The position numbers and the translations under genes were made by a program. From Akkermansia muciniphila (GTDB lineage: Bacteria; Verrucomicrobiota; Verrucomicrobiia; Limisphaerales; BJHT01): a stretch of 64,000 nucleotides of DNA. Positions 28,053 through 43,504 of this stretch are shown one piece after another. How positions within the stretch are numbered: the first letter of the stretch is position 1; the number at the start of each line of letters is the position of its first letter. The DNA is taken from NCBI GenBank assembly GCA_945861535.1, contig CAMAUZ010000005.1, forward strand, positions 8,272-72,271, read 5' to 3'. The notes under the pieces were generated by a model. That model was not told the DNA's origin, searched no databases, and saw only the letters and a program-made list of their open reading frames with translations.

Positions 28053-28901
28053 TTAGCGAATTTTCATCGGGCGTCCGTCGCGGCGCACCAAAATAAACCT
28101 GTCAGAACGTTTCCGGGTCGACCGGGTCTTGTAGCCCTTTGTGATGACACCCCAAGGAGTCACCGGATGGCCACCACCGGCGGTCTTGCCTTGACCGCCA
28201 CCCATGGGATGGTCAACGGGGTTCTTGGCCACGGCGCGGGTCTTGCCACGAATACCACGGTGACGCGAGCGACCGGCTTTTCCGAGCACAATATTTTCGT
28301 GCTCAGTGTTACCCACCTGACCGATGGTCGCGTAGCAGTCTTCCTTAACTTTGCGAATCTCACCAGACGGGAGGCGCACCAACACATAGCCGCCATCCTT
28401 GGACATGACTGCCGCGCTGGTACCAGCAGAGCGAACGATTTGGCTGCCCTTGCCCGGGATGAGTTCAATATTATGGATCGGCAGTCCGACAGGAATCGAT
28501 TTCAACGGAATGCTATTACCGATTTCCGGGAGCGCATCCGGTCCGCTCATCACGGTCGCTCCGACTGTCAAACCGTTTGGGGCGACGACATAGGCCTTTT
28601 CGCCGTCTTTATACTCCAACAATGCAAGCCGCGAGGTCCGCAGCGGATCATACTCAATGGCGATTACCTTGGCTTCGATGCCCGCTTTGCGCTGCCGCTT
28701 GAAATCCACCAAGCGATGCTTCTGTTTGGCCCCGCCGCCGATACCACGACTGGTCATCCGACCGTAGGCATTGCGCCCGCCGGTCTTCTTACGGATCTCC
28801 ACCAAACTCCGCTCCGGCTTGGTCTTGGTGATCTCGTCAAACGATGCGATCGTCACGTAGCGCCCGGACGGCGTAAGGGGTCTGAAACTCTTAACTGCCA
28901 T
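28053..28901 (-). CDS. rplB: 50S ribosomal protein L2
   Basis: Starts [26 protein letters not shown]. Also [10 protein letters not shown]. Confidence 0.95.
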   Translation of the reverse strand: MAVKSFRPLTPSGRYVTIASFDEITKTKPERSLVEIRKKTGGRNAYGRMTSRGIGGGAKQKHRLVDFKRQRKAGIEAKVIAIEYDPLRTSRLALLEYKDGEKAYVVAPNGLTVGATVMSGPDALPEIGNSIPLKSIPVGLPIHNIELIPGKGSQIVRSAGTSAAVMSKDGGYVLVRLPSGEIRKVKEDCYATIGQVGNTEHENIVLGKAGRSRHRGIRGKTRAVAKNPVDHPMGGGQGKTAGGGHPVTPWGVITKGYKTRSTRKRSDRFILVRRDGRPMKIR

Positions 28902-28905
28902 AAAA

Positions 28906-29187
28906 TTAGGTTAGGTTGATTTTGTCGCCCTTCTTGAGAGTGACAATAGCCTTCTTCCAGTCCGCATCCGATCCCGCCTGCGCCGTGCGCTGACGACGGG
29001 CCTTCCCGGTGCAATTGCTCGTGTTGACCGCCAGCACCTTCACCTTGAACAACTCTTCAATGGCCTGGCGAATCGCCACCTTGCTGGCCCGGCGATCGGC
29101 CACAATGGTGTATTGGTTGAACTTGGCAGCCTGCATGGTCCCCTTCTCGGTGAGCCGCACAGTCTTGATAACATCAAAGGCATTCAT
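28906..29187 (-). CDS. rplW: 50S ribosomal protein L23
   Basis: Starts [31 protein letters not shown]. Confidence 0.95.
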   Translation of the reverse strand: MNAFDVIKTVRLTEKGTMQAAKFNQYTIVADRRASKVAIRQAIEELFKVKVLAVNTSNCTGKARRQRTAQAGSDADWKKAIVTLKKGDKINLT

Positions 29188-29193
29188 ATTCGG

Positions 29194-29814
29194 TTACTTG
29201 ATGCGCTGCGTAATCGTCTCGAAGGCTGCTTTCGTGAAAACCAACTTGTCATACCGCAAAACCTGATAGGCATTCACGTCGTTTCCAGTAACAATTTCCA
29301 CTGCGGCCACATTTCGAGCAGCCAAGCAAAGGTCTTTGTTTTCCCCGCCGATCACCAACAAGGTGGTTCCGTCTAGCTTCAACCCTTTCAAAAACTTAAC
29401 TACTTCCTTGGTCTTGGATCTCTCCAGTTTGATCTCATCAACAATGACGACATCGCCGCTGCTCAGACGCTCACTCAAGGCCTTCTGCAGAGCCAACCCA
29501 CGAACCTTCCGATTCACTTTTTTACCAAAGTCGCGCGGCCGGGGGCCGAAAACGACACCACCGCCGCGCCACAAGGGGGATTGAAACGAACCGGCTCGCG
29601 CACGCCCGGTTCCCTTCTGCCGCCACGGTTTCTTGTTGGTTCCCGCCACTTCGCCGGCGGTTTTGGTGCAGGCCGTCCCGCTCCGTTGTGCAGCCCGGTG
29701 AGCAACTACAAAATCGTGGACCGACTGGGTTCCCTTCGCGTTCTCGATGATGGGAAAACCCACCATTAATTCGCCACTTGGACTGCCGTTTTTGTCGATG
29801 ACGGTTAAATTCAT
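29194..29814 (-). CDS. rplD: 50S ribosomal protein L4
   Basis: Contains KKPWRQKGTGRARAGSFQSPLWRGGGVVFGP. Confidence 0.95.
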   Translation of the reverse strand: MNLTVIDKNGSPSGELMVGFPIIENAKGTQSVHDFVVAHRAAQRSGTACTKTAGEVAGTNKKPWRQKGTGRARAGSFQSPLWRGGGVVFGPRPRDFGKKVNRKVRGLALQKALSERLSSGDVVIVDEIKLERSKTKEVVKFLKGLKLDGTTLLVIGGENKDLCLAARNVAAVEIVTGNDVNAYQVLRYDKLVFTKAAFETITQRIK

Positions 29815-29823
29815 GACCTATGA

Positions 29824-30552
29824 TTATTTCTTTTTGGCACCGGCCGCCGCCGCTTTGGAGGCTGCAGTGTTTACTGCCACCGGAATGCCGCGTTTGCCGC
29901 GATTCACTGCCACTGCCGAACCCTTCGGCAGTTTCTTGCTTTCACGAATTACAACGAAATCGCCCTTTGCGCCGGGAATGGACCCTTTCACCAACAAAAG
30001 ATTGTCCGACTCACGCACCTGCACGATCTCCAGATTTTGGGTGGTTCGGGACGATTGTCCCATGTGCCCCGGCATCTTCATGCCGCGCATGACTGTCCCT
30101 GGGAACAAGCGCTGCCCAATGGCCCCCGAACGGCGATGCCATCCCTTGGCACCGTGAGTCAAATCACCGCCGCGAAATCCGTGCCGCTTGACGACACCCT
30201 CGAAACCGCGACCCTTGCTGACACCGATAGCATCGACAAAGTCACCCTTGGCGAAGACACTCGCCCCGAGCACGTCACCGGGTTTGACGGTCAAGGAAAA
30301 GTCACGAAACTCCTGCACCCGCTTGACTGGCGTGGCATTGTGTTTCCGCAGATGACCCATCGCCGGCTTGGAGATGCGGGACTCTTTTTGTTCGCCGAAT
30401 CCCAGTTGGACTGCACTATAACCATCTACTTCCTGGGTGCGCACTTGGATGACGCGGTTAGGCCCCGCTTGCACCACGGTGACACACACCACGTTGCCAC
30501 GGGAGTCATAGACCCGGGTCTGGCCAATTTTTTTTCCGAGCAAGCCAATCAT
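29824..30552 (-). CDS. rplC: 50S ribosomal protein L3 (C-terminal Ala/Lys tail)
   Basis: Starts MIGLLGKKIGQTRVYDSRGNVVCVTVVQAGPN. Confidence 0.95.
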   Translation of the reverse strand: MIGLLGKKIGQTRVYDSRGNVVCVTVVQAGPNRVIQVRTQEVDGYSAVQLGFGEQKESRISKPAMGHLRKHNATPVKRVQEFRDFSLTVKPGDVLGASVFAKGDFVDAIGVSKGRGFEGVVKRHGFRGGDLTHGAKGWHRRSGAIGQRLFPGTVMRGMKMPGHMGQSSRTTQNLEIVQVRESDNLLLVKGSIPGAKGDFVVIRESKKLPKGSAVAVNRGKRGIPVAVNTAASKAAAAGAKKK

Positions 30553-30555
30553 AAA

Positions 30556-30864
30556 CTAAATCTTAATCGTAATTTCGACACCGGCCGGGAGGTTGAGCTT
30601 CTTCAACTCATCCACCGTCTTGGCCGTCGGCTCAATGATATCCAAGAGCCGTTTGTGGGTCCGCTGCTCGAACGTTTCCATGGACTTTTTATCCACGTGC
30701 GGCGAGCGGTGAACGGTATAACGCTCAATCCGAGTCGGCAACGGGATCGGTCCCGCCACCCGTGCACCGGTGCGCTTCACGGTATCTACAATATCCCGCG
30801 CAGACTGATCTACGACCCGATGGTCATAGGCTTTGAGGCGAATACGAATGTGTTGTCCAGCCAT
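30556..30864 (-). CDS. rpsJ: 30S ribosomal protein S10
   Basis: Starts [44 protein letters not shown]. Confidence 0.95.
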   Translation of the reverse strand: MAGQHIRIRLKAYDHRVVDQSARDIVDTVKRTGARVAGPIPLPTRIERYTVHRSPHVDKKSMETFEQRTHKRLLDIIEPTAKTVDELKKLNLPAGVEITIKI

Positions 30865-30876
30865 AGGGAGTTTTAA

Positions 30877-33051
30877 TTAGGTGCGAGCCGCAGGTTTCGA
30901 CTTTGCAGCATCCAAGATCGTGTCTGCAACGCTTTTCGGAACTTGTTCGAACCGAAGCGGTTCCATCGAGTAGGATGCGCGGCCTTTGGAGAGCGAACGG
31001 ATGGCTGTCGCGTAGCCAAACATTTCGGCCAGCGGAACGTTGGAATTGAGAACGGTCTGACCCGCCTTAGCATCAATGCCGATGATTGTTCCTCGACGCC
31101 GGTTGATGTCACCCAGCAAGTCACCCTGATACTCGTCAGGTGTCGTCAATTCGACTTTCATGATCGGCTCCAAAATGATGGGAGCAGCCTTTTTGAACGC
31201 ATCCTTGAGGGCGAAAATACCGGCCATCTTGAAGGCCAATTCATTCGAGTCCACTTCGTGGAACGAGCCATCAACGATTTCGATTTTGACGTCGATCACC
31301 TGATAGCCGGCATACACGCCCCCGCGGCAGGCCTCTTCAATACCATTGATGACGGCCGGGATGTACTCCCGCGGAATTGAACCACCGACGATCTCGTTGA
31401 GGATTTCAATGCCCTTGCCCTTTTCATTAGGCGTAACCTTGACGCAGGCGTGCCCATACTGACCACGGCCACCAGATTGTCGGATGAACTTTCCTTCACC
31501 GTCCGCTGCCTTCGTAATGGTTTCCCGATAAGCGATTTGAGGGGCGCCCGAGGTGGACTCCACTTTGAACTCCCGCTTGAGACGGTCGCATATAATTTCC
31601 AGATGCAACTCACCCATCCCCGCGATGATGAGTTGTCCGGTCTCTTCATTAGTGAAACACCGGAAAGTCGGATCTTCCTCCGCCAAACGCTGTAGGCCCC
31701 CGGACATTTTGTCTTGGTCCGCCTTGGTTTTTGGCTCGACCGCCATGCTGATGACAGGCTCGGGAAAAGTGGGAGGCTCGAGCATCACGTCGAACTCCTC
31801 GTTGCAGAGAGTGTCACCCGTCGTGATATTCCGCAAGCCAACCAGGGCGGCGATGTCACCCGCATAGACTTGGTCGATATCCTTGCGCTCGCTGCCTTGG
31901 ATGACCATAAGCCGACTCACCCGCTCCCGACGCCTGGTGCGAGGATTGTAGATCGTATCCCCTTTCTTCAACTGCCCCGAGTAGACTCGGAAAAAGACTA
32001 ATTTGCCAGCATACGGATCGGTCCACAGCTTGAACGCCAAAGAACAAAATTTATTATGGTCGGTGGTGTCAACCTTGACGACATTCTCGGTGCCTGGCTC
32101 AATGCCCTCGGCATCCGGGACTTCCAGCGGACTAGGCAGATAATCAATGACGGCGTCAATGAGAACCTGAACACCTTTCTTCTTGAAGGCCGAACCGCAG
32201 AGGACGGGAACCATTTCAATCTTGCAGGTAAGACGCCGGATGGCCGCCTTGAGGACGAGCGGTTCGATCGGCGTGTCGGTCAGCACCAACTCGGCGATGG
32301 CGTCGTCTTTGTTGGAGACGGCATCAATTAACTCAGCCAAGGCCGCTTTGGCCTTTTCTTTGAGGTTGTCAGGAATCTCGGTAATGTCGTACTTCAGGCC
32401 CTCGTTGAGCACTTCCGCTGGTCCCCACGAGATAGCCTTTTGGTTGACGACATCGATGACACCATCAAAATAGTCTTCCGCCCCGATGGGTAGGAAAATG
32501 GGAAACGCGTAAGCATTTAGCTTCTTACGCATGTCATTCAGCGCGTTATCAAAATTGGCACCGGTCCGGTCCATCTTGTTAACGAACGCAATTCTCGGCA
32601 CCTTATACTTAGTCGCCTGCCGCCAAACGGTCTCCGACTGAGGTTGCACGCCTGCTACACCGCAGAAAACGGCAACCGCCCCGTCGAGCACCCGCATTGA
32701 ACGCTCAACTTCGGCCGTAAAATCAACGTGTCCAGGGGTGTCAATGATATTGACCCGATTCGCCAAACCGGAGAACAGCTTTTGCAGACCCAACTCTGCT
32801 TTCTGTGTCCAGAAGCAGGTAACAGCCGCCGATGTAATTGTGATGCCACGCTCGCGTTCCTGCTCCATCCAGTCGGTCACCGTATTACCGTCGTCCACAT
32901 CCCCAATTTTATGGATCAAGCCGGTGTAGAACAGGATGCGCTCTGTGGTCGTGGTCTTGCCAGCATCAATATGAGCGGCAATGCCGATGTTGCGCGTCCG
33001 CTCGAGCGTGTAGGTTCGCCCGGGTGCGTTGTGTTGTTTGGTGCTTTCCAT
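30877..33051 (-). CDS. fusA: Elongation factor G
   Basis: ATG at 33051 gives MESTKQHNAPGRTYTLERTRNIGIAAHIDAGKTTTTERILFYTG. The tracked ORF starts 9 nt upstream at a TTG. Confidence 0.95.
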   Translation of the reverse strand: MESTKQHNAPGRTYTLERTRNIGIAAHIDAGKTTTTERILFYTGLIHKIGDVDDGNTVTDWMEQERERGITITSAAVTCFWTQKAELGLQKLFSGLANRVNIIDTPGHVDFTAEVERSMRVLDGAVAVFCGVAGVQPQSETVWRQATKYKVPRIAFVNKMDRTGANFDNALNDMRKKLNAYAFPIFLPIGAEDYFDGVIDVVNQKAISWGPAEVLNEGLKYDITEIPDNLKEKAKAALAELIDAVSNKDDAIAELVLTDTPIEPLVLKAAIRRLTCKIEMVPVLCGSAFKKKGVQVLIDAVIDYLPSPLEVPDAEGIEPGTENVVKVDTTDHNKFCSLAFKLWTDPYAGKLVFFRVYSGQLKKGDTIYNPRTRRRERVSRLMVIQGSERKDIDQVYAGDIAALVGLRNITTGDTLCNEEFDVMLEPPTFPEPVISMAVEPKTKADQDKMSGGLQRLAEEDPTFRCFTNEETGQLIIAGMGELHLEIICDRLKREFKVESTSGAPQIAYRETITKAADGEGKFIRQSGGRGQYGHACVKVTPNEKGKGIEILNEIVGGSIPREYIPAVINGIEEACRGGVYAGYQVIDVKIEIVDGSFHEVDSNELAFKMAGIFALKDAFKKAAPIILEPIMKVELTTPDEYQGDLLGDINRRRGTIIGIDAKAGQTVLNSNVPLAEMFGYATAIRSLSKGRASYSMEPLRFEQVPKSVADTILDAAKSKPAART

Positions 33052-33080
33052 TACCGACAAGTGCTAAAGTGTTTTAGACT

Positions 33081-33115
33081 AAAAACGCCCTGAGTTGCTG
33101 TCGCACTCAGGGCGT
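33081..33115 (-). terminator. Terminator-like hairpin (probable attenuator) between rpsG and fusA
   Basis: Minus strand reads ACGCCCTGAG-tgcgacagcaa-CTCAGGGCGT followed by TTTTTAG. It lies inside the 80-nt rpsG-fusA spacer. Confidence 0.55.
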
Positions 33116-33131
33116 CCGAGAGTTTTAGTTA

Positions 33132-33605
33132 TTACCAGCGAAAGTGTGCGAACGCTTTGTTTGCCTGCGCCATCTTATGCACTTCGTCCCTTTTGCGAAT
33201 GGCATTTCCCTGCCCTTGGTAGGCTTCAAGGATTTCCAGCGCCAATGCTTCCATCATCGGAATACCCTTCCGGGCGTCCGCGAAATCAACGATCCAGCGC
33301 AGGGCCAGTGAAGAAGAACGGTCGGACGGAACTTCCATCGGAATCTGGTAGGTAGCACCACCGACCCGGCGGGGCTTGACCTCCAAACGCGGCTTGGCGT
33401 TGTCCACGGCCTTCTGGAGCACATCCAGCGGATTCGATTCCGGCAGCTTCTCAGTGACCTTGGCAAATGCCTCATCCACTATCCGTTGCGCCACACTTTT
33501 CTTGCCCCACCGCATCACGGTGTTTACGAACCGGGTCACCAGAACGCTGTTATACCGGGCGTCAGGCTTCCAATGCTTGGTAATTGTTTTGCGACGACGA
33601 GACAT
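33132..33605 (-). CDS. rpsG: 30S ribosomal protein S7
   Basis: ATG at 33605 gives MSRRRKTITKHWKPDARYNSVLVTRFVNTVMRWGKKSVAQRIV. Confidence 0.95.
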   Translation of the reverse strand: MSRRRKTITKHWKPDARYNSVLVTRFVNTVMRWGKKSVAQRIVDEAFAKVTEKLPESNPLDVLQKAVDNAKPRLEVKPRRVGGATYQIPMEVPSDRSSSLALRWIVDFADARKGIPMMEALALEILEAYQGQGNAIRKRDEVHKMAQANKAFAHFRW

Positions 33606-33612
33606 AGCTGTG

Positions 33613-34014
33613 TTACTTGGCTGCCGCTGCACCCGGCTTTGCGGCCTTGGGACGTTTTACCCCGTACTTGGACCGACTAACCCGCCGCTTTTCCACGCCT
33701 GCGGCATCCAATGTTCCCCGGACAATGTGATAGCGAACACCAGGCAAGTCCTTTACCCGGCCGCCGCGCACCAGCACGATCGAGTGTTCCTGAAGGTTGT
33801 GACCTTCGTCCGGAATGTAAGCGATAATCTCATAGCCATTGGTCAGTCGCACCTTGGCGACTTTCCGCATGGCCGAGTTAGGCTTTTTGGGCGTCCGGGT
33901 CATTACCTGAAGACAAACACCGCGGCGATAAGGCGCTGACTCCAAGGCTGGAGACTTCGACTTATACACGATTTTGTTTCGTCCTTTTCGGACAAGTTGA
34001 TTGATCGTCGGCAT
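33613..34014 (-). CDS. rpsL: 30S ribosomal protein S12
   Basis: Starts [37 protein letters not shown]. Also [17 protein letters not shown]. Confidence 0.95.
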   Translation of the reverse strand: MPTINQLVRKGRNKIVYKSKSPALESAPYRRGVCLQVMTRTPKKPNSAMRKVAKVRLTNGYEIIAYIPDEGHNLQEHSIVLVRGGRVKDLPGVRYHIVRGTLDAAGVEKRRVSRSKYGVKRPKAAKPGAAAAK

Positions 34015-34072
34015 TACTTTGGTTCGCTTTTTATTCAGCGATTGCTACCGTTTCCGAAGAAGCGGGACGGAG

Positions 34073-34100
34073 ATAATAGCAATTGGCTTTGAGGGTGCAA
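34073..34100 (-). promoter_or_regulatory. Candidate sigma70-type promoter for rpsL-rpsG-fusA
   Basis: Minus strand reads TTGCAC-N16-TATTAT in the AT-richer rpoC-rpsL spacer, about 58 nt upstream of the rpsL ATG. Pattern match only. Confidence 0.4.
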
Positions 34101-34167
34101 CAAGTTTTTGGAATTATTTCGGAATGTTTTCAGAAAGTCGTTTCGCTCAATGATACCAAGCCTTTGC

Positions 34168-38304
<4,137 letters not shown>

Positions 38305-38343
38305 AGTGCTGTTACGTTTAGAGACTGGTTCAAATGGCTGGGC

Positions 38344-41300
38344 TTAGCTGGCCGCCGAGGTTAGCGCGCTGGTATCCACCGGCTGGTCAATCGGGTTGGC
38401 ATAACCGACCCGGACATCGAGCACCAAGGATTGCATTTCCTTGACCAACACATTGAAGGATTCCGGAATACCGGCCTCCAGCGCGTTGTCACCCTTGACG
38501 ATGCTCTCGTAAATCCGCGTGCGGCCCTGCACGTCGTCGGACTTGACGGTAAGCAATTCCTGCAGGGTGTAGGCCGCCCCGTAGGCTTCCATGGCCCAGA
38601 CTTCCATTTCGCCGAAGCGCTGGCCGCCATACTGCGCTTTGCCACCCAACGGTTGCTGAGTCACCAAGGAGTAAGGTCCAACCGCGCGGGCGTGAATTTT
38701 GTCCGCCACGAGATGCCCGAGCTTCATCATATAGATGTAGCCGACGACGATCTCCTGATCGAACGACTCACCCGAACGACCGTCGTAGAGAGTTGTCTTG
38801 CCGTGCTCACCCACCAGTCCCAGACCGATGGTTTCGCGAAGCATGTCACCCGCCTGTTTCAGATAGCCCCGGATGTCCTTCTCTTTGATGCCGTCGAACA
38901 CCGGCGTGGCGAACCGCATGCCCAACAACTTGGCTGCCCAGCCCAAGTGGGTCTCGAGCACCTGACCGACGTTCATGCGCGAAGGCACGCCGAGCGGATT
39001 GAGCACAATGTCCACGGGCGTTCCGTCGGCTAGATACGGCATGTCTTCTTCGGGAACAATTTTGGCGACGACGCCCTTGTTACCGTGACGGCCAGCCATC
39101 TTGTCACCGACAGAGAGTTTGCGCTTAGAGGCAATGTAAACTTTGACAGACTTGATGATGCCAGGATCGACATCTTCGCCCGCTTCGGCACGCCCCATCT
39201 CGGTCTCCCGCTGCAGGTCGAGTTCCTCGAACTTCTTTTTGAAGGTGCCGATGATCTCGTTGATCTTGTTACGGATCGGGGAGGGATCGATTTCGATGCG
39301 ATCGTACACCTGCGCCAGCTTGCGGAGGAGGGTCTTGGTGATCTTGCGATTGGCCGGGATGATGATTTCGCCGGTCTCGCTGTTGACCACGTCGAGCGGG
39401 ATTTTTTCGCCGAGCAGAATGTTGGACAAAGCCTCGGTCAGTTGCTCGCGCAACTCATCAGTCTTGGTCTTGTATTCTTCTTCGATCTGTTTGGCAGCCT
39501 TCTTCTCGTCGGAATCCGACGCGCGAGTGGATACCATGACGTCAGTATCTTTTTTGGCGGACACCTTTACGTCCATGACAATGCCGTAGGTTCCTGAAGG
39601 AACCTTGAGAGAAGTGTCTTTCACATCGGCGGCCTTTTCACCAAAGATGGCGCGGAGCAGGCGCTCTTCCGGCGCGAGTTCGGTTTCAGACTTAGGCGTA
39701 ATCTTACCGACAAGAATGTCGCCAGGTTTCACTTCGGCACCAATCCGGATCACGCCATCGGGTCCGAGGTTTTTGAGCGCCTCTTCACCGAGGTTCGGGA
39801 TGTCCCGGGTAATTTCCTCGGGGCCGAGCTTTGTGTCCCGGGCGCCGACTTCAAACTCATCGATGTGAATGGAGGTGAACACGTCGTCCTTGACGATCCG
39901 CTCGCTGATAAGGATGGCGTCCTCGAAGTTATAGCCATTCCACGGCATGAAAGCGCACAGCACGTTGCGCCCGAGCGCGAGCTCTCCGCCCTGGGTGCAG
40001 GGACCGTCTGCGATGATCTGACCCTTCTTAACCGTGTCACCCTTGGAAACCAGAGTCTTCTGGTTAATGCAGGTGGCTGCGTTGGACCGCATGAACTTGC
40101 GGATCCGATACAGGTGAATGCCCGCATCCAAGTCGGTCTTCAGCTTCCGCTTGCCTTCAGGAATCTTCCCGTCGCGGGTGATGACAATGTTGTCACCGGT
40201 GATGGAGGCAACCTTGCCAGCCTCGTCGGCCACCACCACGGCGCGCGAATCACGAGCGACCCGATCTTCCAGCCCCGTCGCCACAAAAGGCGCTTCGGTC
40301 CGCAGGAGCGGCACTGCCTGTCGCTGCATGTTGGAACCCATCAACGCGCGATTGGCGTCGTCGTGTTCGAGAAACGGGATCAACCCGGCAGCGACCGAGA
40401 CCAACTGCTTGGGCGACACGTCCATGTAATCTACCCGGGCCGGCTCGACGTCGATGAAGTCACCCTTGCAACGGCAGGTGACCTTCTCAGTAAGGAAGTG
40501 ACCCTTGTCATCAATGACAGCATTGGCCTGCGCCACCGTGAACTGTTCTTCACGATCGGCGGTGAGATAGTCAATCGCCGCAGTGACCCGACCCTTCTCG
40601 ACCTTCCGATAGGGAGTCTCAATAAATCCGAAGTCATTGACCCGGGCGAAGGTCGCCAAAGACGCGATAAGGCCGATGTTCGGACCTTCAGGCGTTTCAA
40701 TGGGACAAATACGACCGTAGTGGGACGGATGCACGTCACGCACTTCAAAGCCGGCACGCTCACGGCTAAGACCGCCCGGCCCGAGCGCCGACAATCGGCG
40801 TTTGTGGGTTAGTTCGGCCAGCGGATTAATCTGATCCATGAACTGACTCAACTGACTGCGGCCGAAGAAATCTCGCACCACGGCGGACAATGCCTTCGGA
40901 TTAATCAACTTCGCCGGAGTGATGGACTCGAGTTCCTGATCGAAGAGTGTCATACGCTCCTTGACCAATCGCTCGGTGCGCGCCAGACCGACGCGGCACT
41001 GATTGGCCAGCAGTTCGCCCACGGTACGGACGCGACGGCTGCCCAAGTGATCGATGTCGTCCAAGCTGCCCTCGCCCTTTTTCAGGCGCAGCAAGTACTT
41101 AGTGGCGGCCACCAGATCCTGCTTGGTAAGCACGCGGGAGTCGTTCTCGTCTTTGATCCCCAGTTTCTGGGTAATCTTGTAACGCCCCACCCGCCCCAAG
41201 TCATAACGCTTCGGATCAAAGAACAAGCGTTTGATGAGCGCCTTGGCATTGGCGGCCGTCGGCGGATCCCCAGGGCGCAAGCGACGATAGATGTCTTTCA

Positions 41301-42216
41301 GGGCTTCTTCCTGATTTTTGGTCGGGTCTTTCTTGAGACACTTGATGACCACGCCGTCATCCACGGTGGTATCGACCACGCGGATCTTGCCAAGTCCCAG
41401 CTCGGCGATCTGTTTGACCACCGCCTTGGAGAGCGGCTCGAAGGCGCGGGCGACCACGGTGTTCTTCTCGGTGTCAATGGCGTCTTCGATCAACACCTTG
41501 TTTTGGATGTCCGCCAAGTTTTCCGCCGCCTTCAGGCTCAGTTCTTCGATTTCGTAGAAGAGCCTGATGATCTCGGCATCTGAACCGGTGCCCTTATCAT
41601 CAAGGAAACTCAGGGCGCGGAAAAAGGTGGTGGTCAGGAATTTCCGGCGGCGTTTTTTGCGGTCGAGATAGACATAGAGCAAATCGCCGGTGTCAAACTG
41701 GGCTTCATACCACGAACCACGGTCCGGAATGATGCGGAAGGAATGCAGCATCTTGCCGTTGGCGTGCTGGGTGGCTTCAAAGGCCAGACCAGGCGAACGA
41801 TGCAACTGACTGACAATGACGCGCTCGGCACCGTTGATGACAAAGGTGCCTTGGGGAGTCATGAGCGGGAGTTCACCCATGAATACCTTTTCTTCCTTGG
41901 TGCCTTTGGGGTCCTTGAGCCGGAAAATGACATGCAACGGCGCGCCATAGGTCACGCCTTCGCGGAGACACTCCAACCAGTCCATCTTCGGCTCGCCCAA
42001 CTCGTAGCTGCCGAATTCCAGCACCGTCTTCGTATCGTAACTCTCGATGGGGAAGACTTCGGTGAACACCGCTTGCAGGCCGGCGTTCTTGCGGCGGGAG
42101 GTCGGCACGTCCAACTGGAGGAACTCACGGTACGAATTGACCTGGATCTCGATCAGATTCGGCGGGGAAATGACTTCTTTGATTTTCCCGAAGTTGATAC
42201 GTTCAGCGACTCGCAT
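38344..42216 (-). CDS. rpoB: DNA-directed RNA polymerase subunit beta
   Basis: 1290 aa. Contains [20 protein letters not shown] and [28 protein letters not shown]. Confidence 0.97.
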   Translation of the reverse strand: MRVAERINFGKIKEVISPPNLIEIQVNSYREFLQLDVPTSRRKNAGLQAVFTEVFPIESYDTKTVLEFGSYELGEPKMDWLECLREGVTYGAPLHVIFRLKDPKGTKEEKVFMGELPLMTPQGTFVINGAERVIVSQLHRSPGLAFEATQHANGKMLHSFRIIPDRGSWYEAQFDTGDLLYVYLDRKKRRRKFLTTTFFRALSFLDDKGTGSDAEIIRLFYEIEELSLKAAENLADIQNKVLIEDAIDTEKNTVVARAFEPLSKAVVKQIAELGLGKIRVVDTTVDDGVVIKCLKKDPTKNQEEALKDIYRRLRPGDPPTAANAKALIKRLFFDPKRYDLGRVGRYKITQKLGIKDENDSRVLTKQDLVAATKYLLRLKKGEGSLDDIDHLGSRRVRTVGELLANQCRVGLARTERLVKERMTLFDQELESITPAKLINPKALSAVVRDFFGRSQLSQFMDQINPLAELTHKRRLSALGPGGLSRERAGFEVRDVHPSHYGRICPIETPEGPNIGLIASLATFARVNDFGFIETPYRKVEKGRVTAAIDYLTADREEQFTVAQANAVIDDKGHFLTEKVTCRCKGDFIDVEPARVDYMDVSPKQLVSVAAGLIPFLEHDDANRALMGSNMQRQAVPLLRTEAPFVATGLEDRVARDSRAVVVADEAGKVASITGDNIVITRDGKIPEGKRKLKTDLDAGIHLYRIRKFMRSNAATCINQKTLVSKGDTVKKGQIIADGPCTQGGELALGRNVLCAFMPWNGYNFEDAILISERIVKDDVFTSIHIDEFEVGARDTKLGPEEITRDIPNLGEEALKNLGPDGVIRIGAEVKPGDILVGKITPKSETELAPEERLLRAIFGEKAADVKDTSLKVPSGTYGIVMDVKVSAKKDTDVMVSTRASDSDEKKAAKQIEEEYKTKTDELREQLTEALSNILLGEKIPLDVVNSETGEIIIPANRKITKTLLRKLAQVYDRIEIDPSPIRNKINEIIGTFKKKFEELDLQRETEMGRAEAGEDVDPGIIKSVKVYIASKRKLSVGDKMAGRHGNKGVVAKIVPEEDMPYLADGTPVDIVLNPLGVPSRMNVGQVLETHLGWAAKLLGMRFATPVFDGIKEKDIRGYLKQAGDMLRETIGLGLVGEHGKTTLYDGRSGESFDQEIVVGYIYMMKLGHLVADKIHARAVGPYSLVTQQPLGGKAQYGGQRFGEMEVWAMEAYGAAYTLQELLTVKSDDVQGRTRIYESIVKGDNALEAGIPESFNVLVKEMQSLVLDVRVGYANPIDQPVDTSALTSAAS

Positions 42217-42392
42217 GGGCTTTTACCTTTCAGGCTTGGCCGGCGTCCACGCCGGCCGATTTGGAATCCACAAAGCAGACAGAGCAAGCCCCCGGTGTTC
42301 CGGGAAACTCGCCCATCATTACGAAATAAAACTCAGGCTGTTGCAGCCCGAAAACAGATGAAATCAACGCGGCGATTGGAGCGGAGCGTAAA

Positions 42393-42417
42393 GGGCGGCG
42401 GCCAGCGGCCGCCGCCC
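42393..42417 (-). terminator. GC-rich hairpin in the rplL-rpoB spacer (probable partial terminator/attenuator)
   Basis: Minus strand reads GGGCGGCGGCC-gct-GGCCGCCGCCC followed by TTTA only. It sits where the rplL-rpoB attenuator lies in other bacteria. Confidence 0.4.
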
Positions 42418-42431
42418 CGGAGTGAGTTGAA

Positions 42432-42824
42432 TTACTTGACGTCAACCTTGGCGCCAGCTGCTTCCAGCTTCGCCTTGGCGGCATCGGCATCCGCCTTCGG
42501 AGCGCCTTCAAGGATCGGCTTTGGAGCTTCCTCGACGAGCTTCTTGGCTTCCGCCAAGCCGAGTCCCGCTTTGACCTCACGGACCGCCTTGATGACGGCG
42601 ATCTTCTTGTCGGCGGGGGCGCTGACGAGAATGACATCGAAGGTGGTTTGGGCTTCAGCGGCGGGAGCAGCGGCTCCACCACCACCGGCGGCAGGAGCGG
42701 CGGCGGCGGCCACCGGGGCGGCGGCAGTGACACCCCACTTGGTCTCGAGTTGTTTGACCAAGTCGGCAACCTCCAGCACGGAGAGTTTGCTCAGTTGTTC
42801 TACCAGATTTGCTATATCAGCCAT
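42432..42824 (-). CDS. rplL: 50S ribosomal protein L7/L12
   Basis: ATG at 42824 gives [32 protein letters not shown]. Also [25 protein letters not shown]. Confidence 0.95.
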   Translation of the reverse strand: MADIANLVEQLSKLSVLEVADLVKQLETKWGVTAAAPVAAAAAPAAGGGGAAAPAAEAQTTFDVILVSAPADKKIAVIKAVREVKAGLGLAEAKKLVEEAPKPILEGAPKADADAAKAKLEAAGAKVDVK

Positions 42825-42970
42825 GTTATCTTTCAGTGTCGTCGCTGTCCGAGGCCACAGACGAATTAAACCCACGGCCCGTGGGCCGACGATTTACTAG
42901 TTGTTTGTTGTTTGTTGTTTTCTAACTCCCAGCGAGCCTGATGCTAGGAATTGAGAGCTTAGCAGAGGCG

Positions 42971-43483
42971 TCAAGCCCCCGTGTCCACTTTCGCCTGCAA
43001 CACCCGCACCAGTTGGGTGCCGGGCGTGTTGAGCAATTGCACCAGCGTCGTCAGCGGGGTCTTGAGCAGGCCCAAGAACTTGGCCCGCAGCAGTTCAATC
43101 GACGGCAAATCCGCCAAGGCCAAAATATCCTTGGGTTCCAGGCGCCCGTTGTTCAGGTACCCGAACCGAATTTTGGGACGATCGAACTCCGCTTGGTAGG
43201 TCTTCATGACTTTCGCCGCGGTCGTTACATCCTTCTGACCGCTGACCACCGCCATCTGACCCGCGAGTGAGGCAGTGAGGTCGGCGATGCCGGCTTCCTT
43301 CACCGCGATGCGGAAGATGGAATTTTTGACAACGTGAATTTCGGCACCGACCTTGGTGAGGCGTTTGCGCAGTTCGGTGAACTGCCCAACCGTCAGACCG
43401 GTGTATTCGACGACGATGAAGAAGGGCGCCGCGTTGAGACGGGCCAGATACTCGCTAGCGATTAATTTCTTTTCAGGACGCAT
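42971..43483 (-). CDS. rplJ: 50S ribosomal protein L10
   Basis: Starts MRPEKKLIASEYLARLNAAPFFIVVEYTGLTVGQFTELRKRL. Confidence 0.95.
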   Translation of the reverse strand: MRPEKKLIASEYLARLNAAPFFIVVEYTGLTVGQFTELRKRLTKVGAEIHVVKNSIFRIAVKEAGIADLTASLAGQMAVVSGQKDVTTAAKVMKTYQAEFDRPKIRFGYLNNGRLEPKDILALADLPSIELLRAKFLGLLKTPLTTLVQLLNTPGTQLVRVLQAKVDTGA

Positions 43484-43504
43484 GGAAATCTCCTTTGGGG
43501 TTGG

